Part shown: piece by piece, positions 63,223-64,000 of the stretch
How positions within the stretch are numbered: position 1 is the first letter of the stretch
Layout of the letters: every line of letters starts with the position of its first letter
From: Alphaproteobacteria bacterium
GTDB taxonomy: Bacteria > Pseudomonadota > Alphaproteobacteria > UBA828
Assembly (NCBI GenBank): GCA_963422645.2
Contig: CAXXVO010000004.1
Coordinates: 576,001 to 640,000, forward strand
Length of the DNA stretch: 64,000 bases
Reading direction: 5' to 3'
The notes under the pieces: generated by a model
Seen by the model: only the letters and a program-made list of their open reading frames with translations
Told to the model about the DNA's origin: nothing
The model's database searches: none
Translations under genes and position numbers: made by a program

Positions 63223-64000
63223 CAATGGCATTCACTTAGCGGTTTTCGACTGTTCACTTAAGGAGTCGTGTTCTTGCGCTGTCGGTTGCGTGCGTTTCTG
63301 TCGTTCAGGTGTTCAGGCGACGGCCCGCTTTGCGCGTGCCCACTTGCCGCGGGGTTTGCGCGACCTGCGTTCGCAGGACCGGCCGGGGCGCGGGCGCTGA
63401 CGCGCCTGGTTGATGCAGGAGAGGACATGGCTGAGGGTTTCGGCGACCATCGCCGTATGGCGCAGCAGCAGCGCTTCGAGGTTGCGCGCGACGGTGGCGA
63501 GGCCGTTGCTGAAGTTGGCTTTCATCGCCGGCTTGCCGTCGGCAGGGCGCTCGGCGTCGAGGCTTGCGTTGCTGCGGTTGGTGAAGAGCCGGGTCATGGC
63601 GATGAGGTTGAAGTGGGCGAAGAGCTCCTGGCGGACGCCGCGCTCGGTCTGGCTGTGGAAGGCCTCGACGGCCATGGCCTGTTTCGAGGTCTTGTAGAGT
63701 TCCTCGATTCCCCAGCGCGCGTGATAGAGCTCGGCCAGTTCCGCGACGCTCCAGGCCTTGGGGTCGAGGAGGGTGGTGGCGAGGATGAAGACCGTGCTGC
63801 CGATGCGGTAGCGGACCAGTCGCAGGCGCAGCGGGGTGGCGTCGACGTGCGGCGTCTTGCGGCGCAGCTTTCTCAGGGTGTCCTTTCCGGGAGCGACGGT
63901 GATCGGCGCGTCCGTGCGGCCGTCGGCGATGAAGGCGTCGAGGGCGGCGCCTGCCTTCTTCTTGATCCGGAACACGGGGTGCAGGCCGCGGGCGACATGG
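63223..64000 (-). mobile_element. IS4-family element (partial) inserted in IS-X copy 3
   Basis: IS-X sequence stops at 63222 and is followed by CAATGGCATTC, an IS4-like end. Confidence 0.8.
63313..64000 (-). CDS. IS4-family transposase, C-terminal part
   Basis: LATTLLD...LYHARWGIEELYK (YREK motif)...QELFA; basic C-terminus; start outside window. Confidence 0.85.
   Translation of the reverse strand, partial: HVARGLHPVFRIKKKAGAALDAFIADGRTDAPITVAPGKDTLRKLRRKTPHVDATPLRLRLVRYRIGSTVFILATTLLDPKAWSVAELAELYHARWGIEELYKTSKQAMAVEAFHSQTERGVRQELFAHFNLIAMTRLFTNRSNASLDAERPADGKPAMKANFSNGLATVARNLEALLLRHTAMVAETLSHVLSCINQARQRPRPGRSCERRSRKPRGKWARAKRAVA

Overview
High-GC alphaproteobacterial chromosome segment. 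The assignment is inferred from the rplU-rpmA-obgE-proBA-nadD-rsfS-rlmH and msbA-DUF374-waaA-lpxK-lpxL gene orders. Bases 1-42 kb are mostly housekeeping and catabolic genes: pccA, a GMC oxidoreductase, a cyclophilin, a CUT1 ABC transporter, putrescine uptake and gamma-glutamylation genes, etfBA-hbd, lipid A genes, pmbA, msrA, an acyl-CoA dehydrogenase and mobA. Two clean insertions interrupt this part: an IS1182, and an IS66-type element carrying a small N6-adenine DNA methyltransferase translationally coupled to its transposase (the most unusual item here). Bases 42-64 kb are an IS-riddled accessory region. It holds a disrupted 6TM-HerA ATPase fusion gene and a Zn/Co/Ni homeostasis cluster with a Zur box. 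It also holds four copies of a large unclassified IS ('IS-X': 16-bp CAGAC ends, 5-bp ANNNT target duplication). Two of these are the same in-frame-deleted mini-element, and one hosts a nested stack (mini-IS-X, IS21, IS4). A ~145-bp double-hairpin repeat occurs three times at stop codons. All family assignments come from motif recognition by eye; no searches were run.
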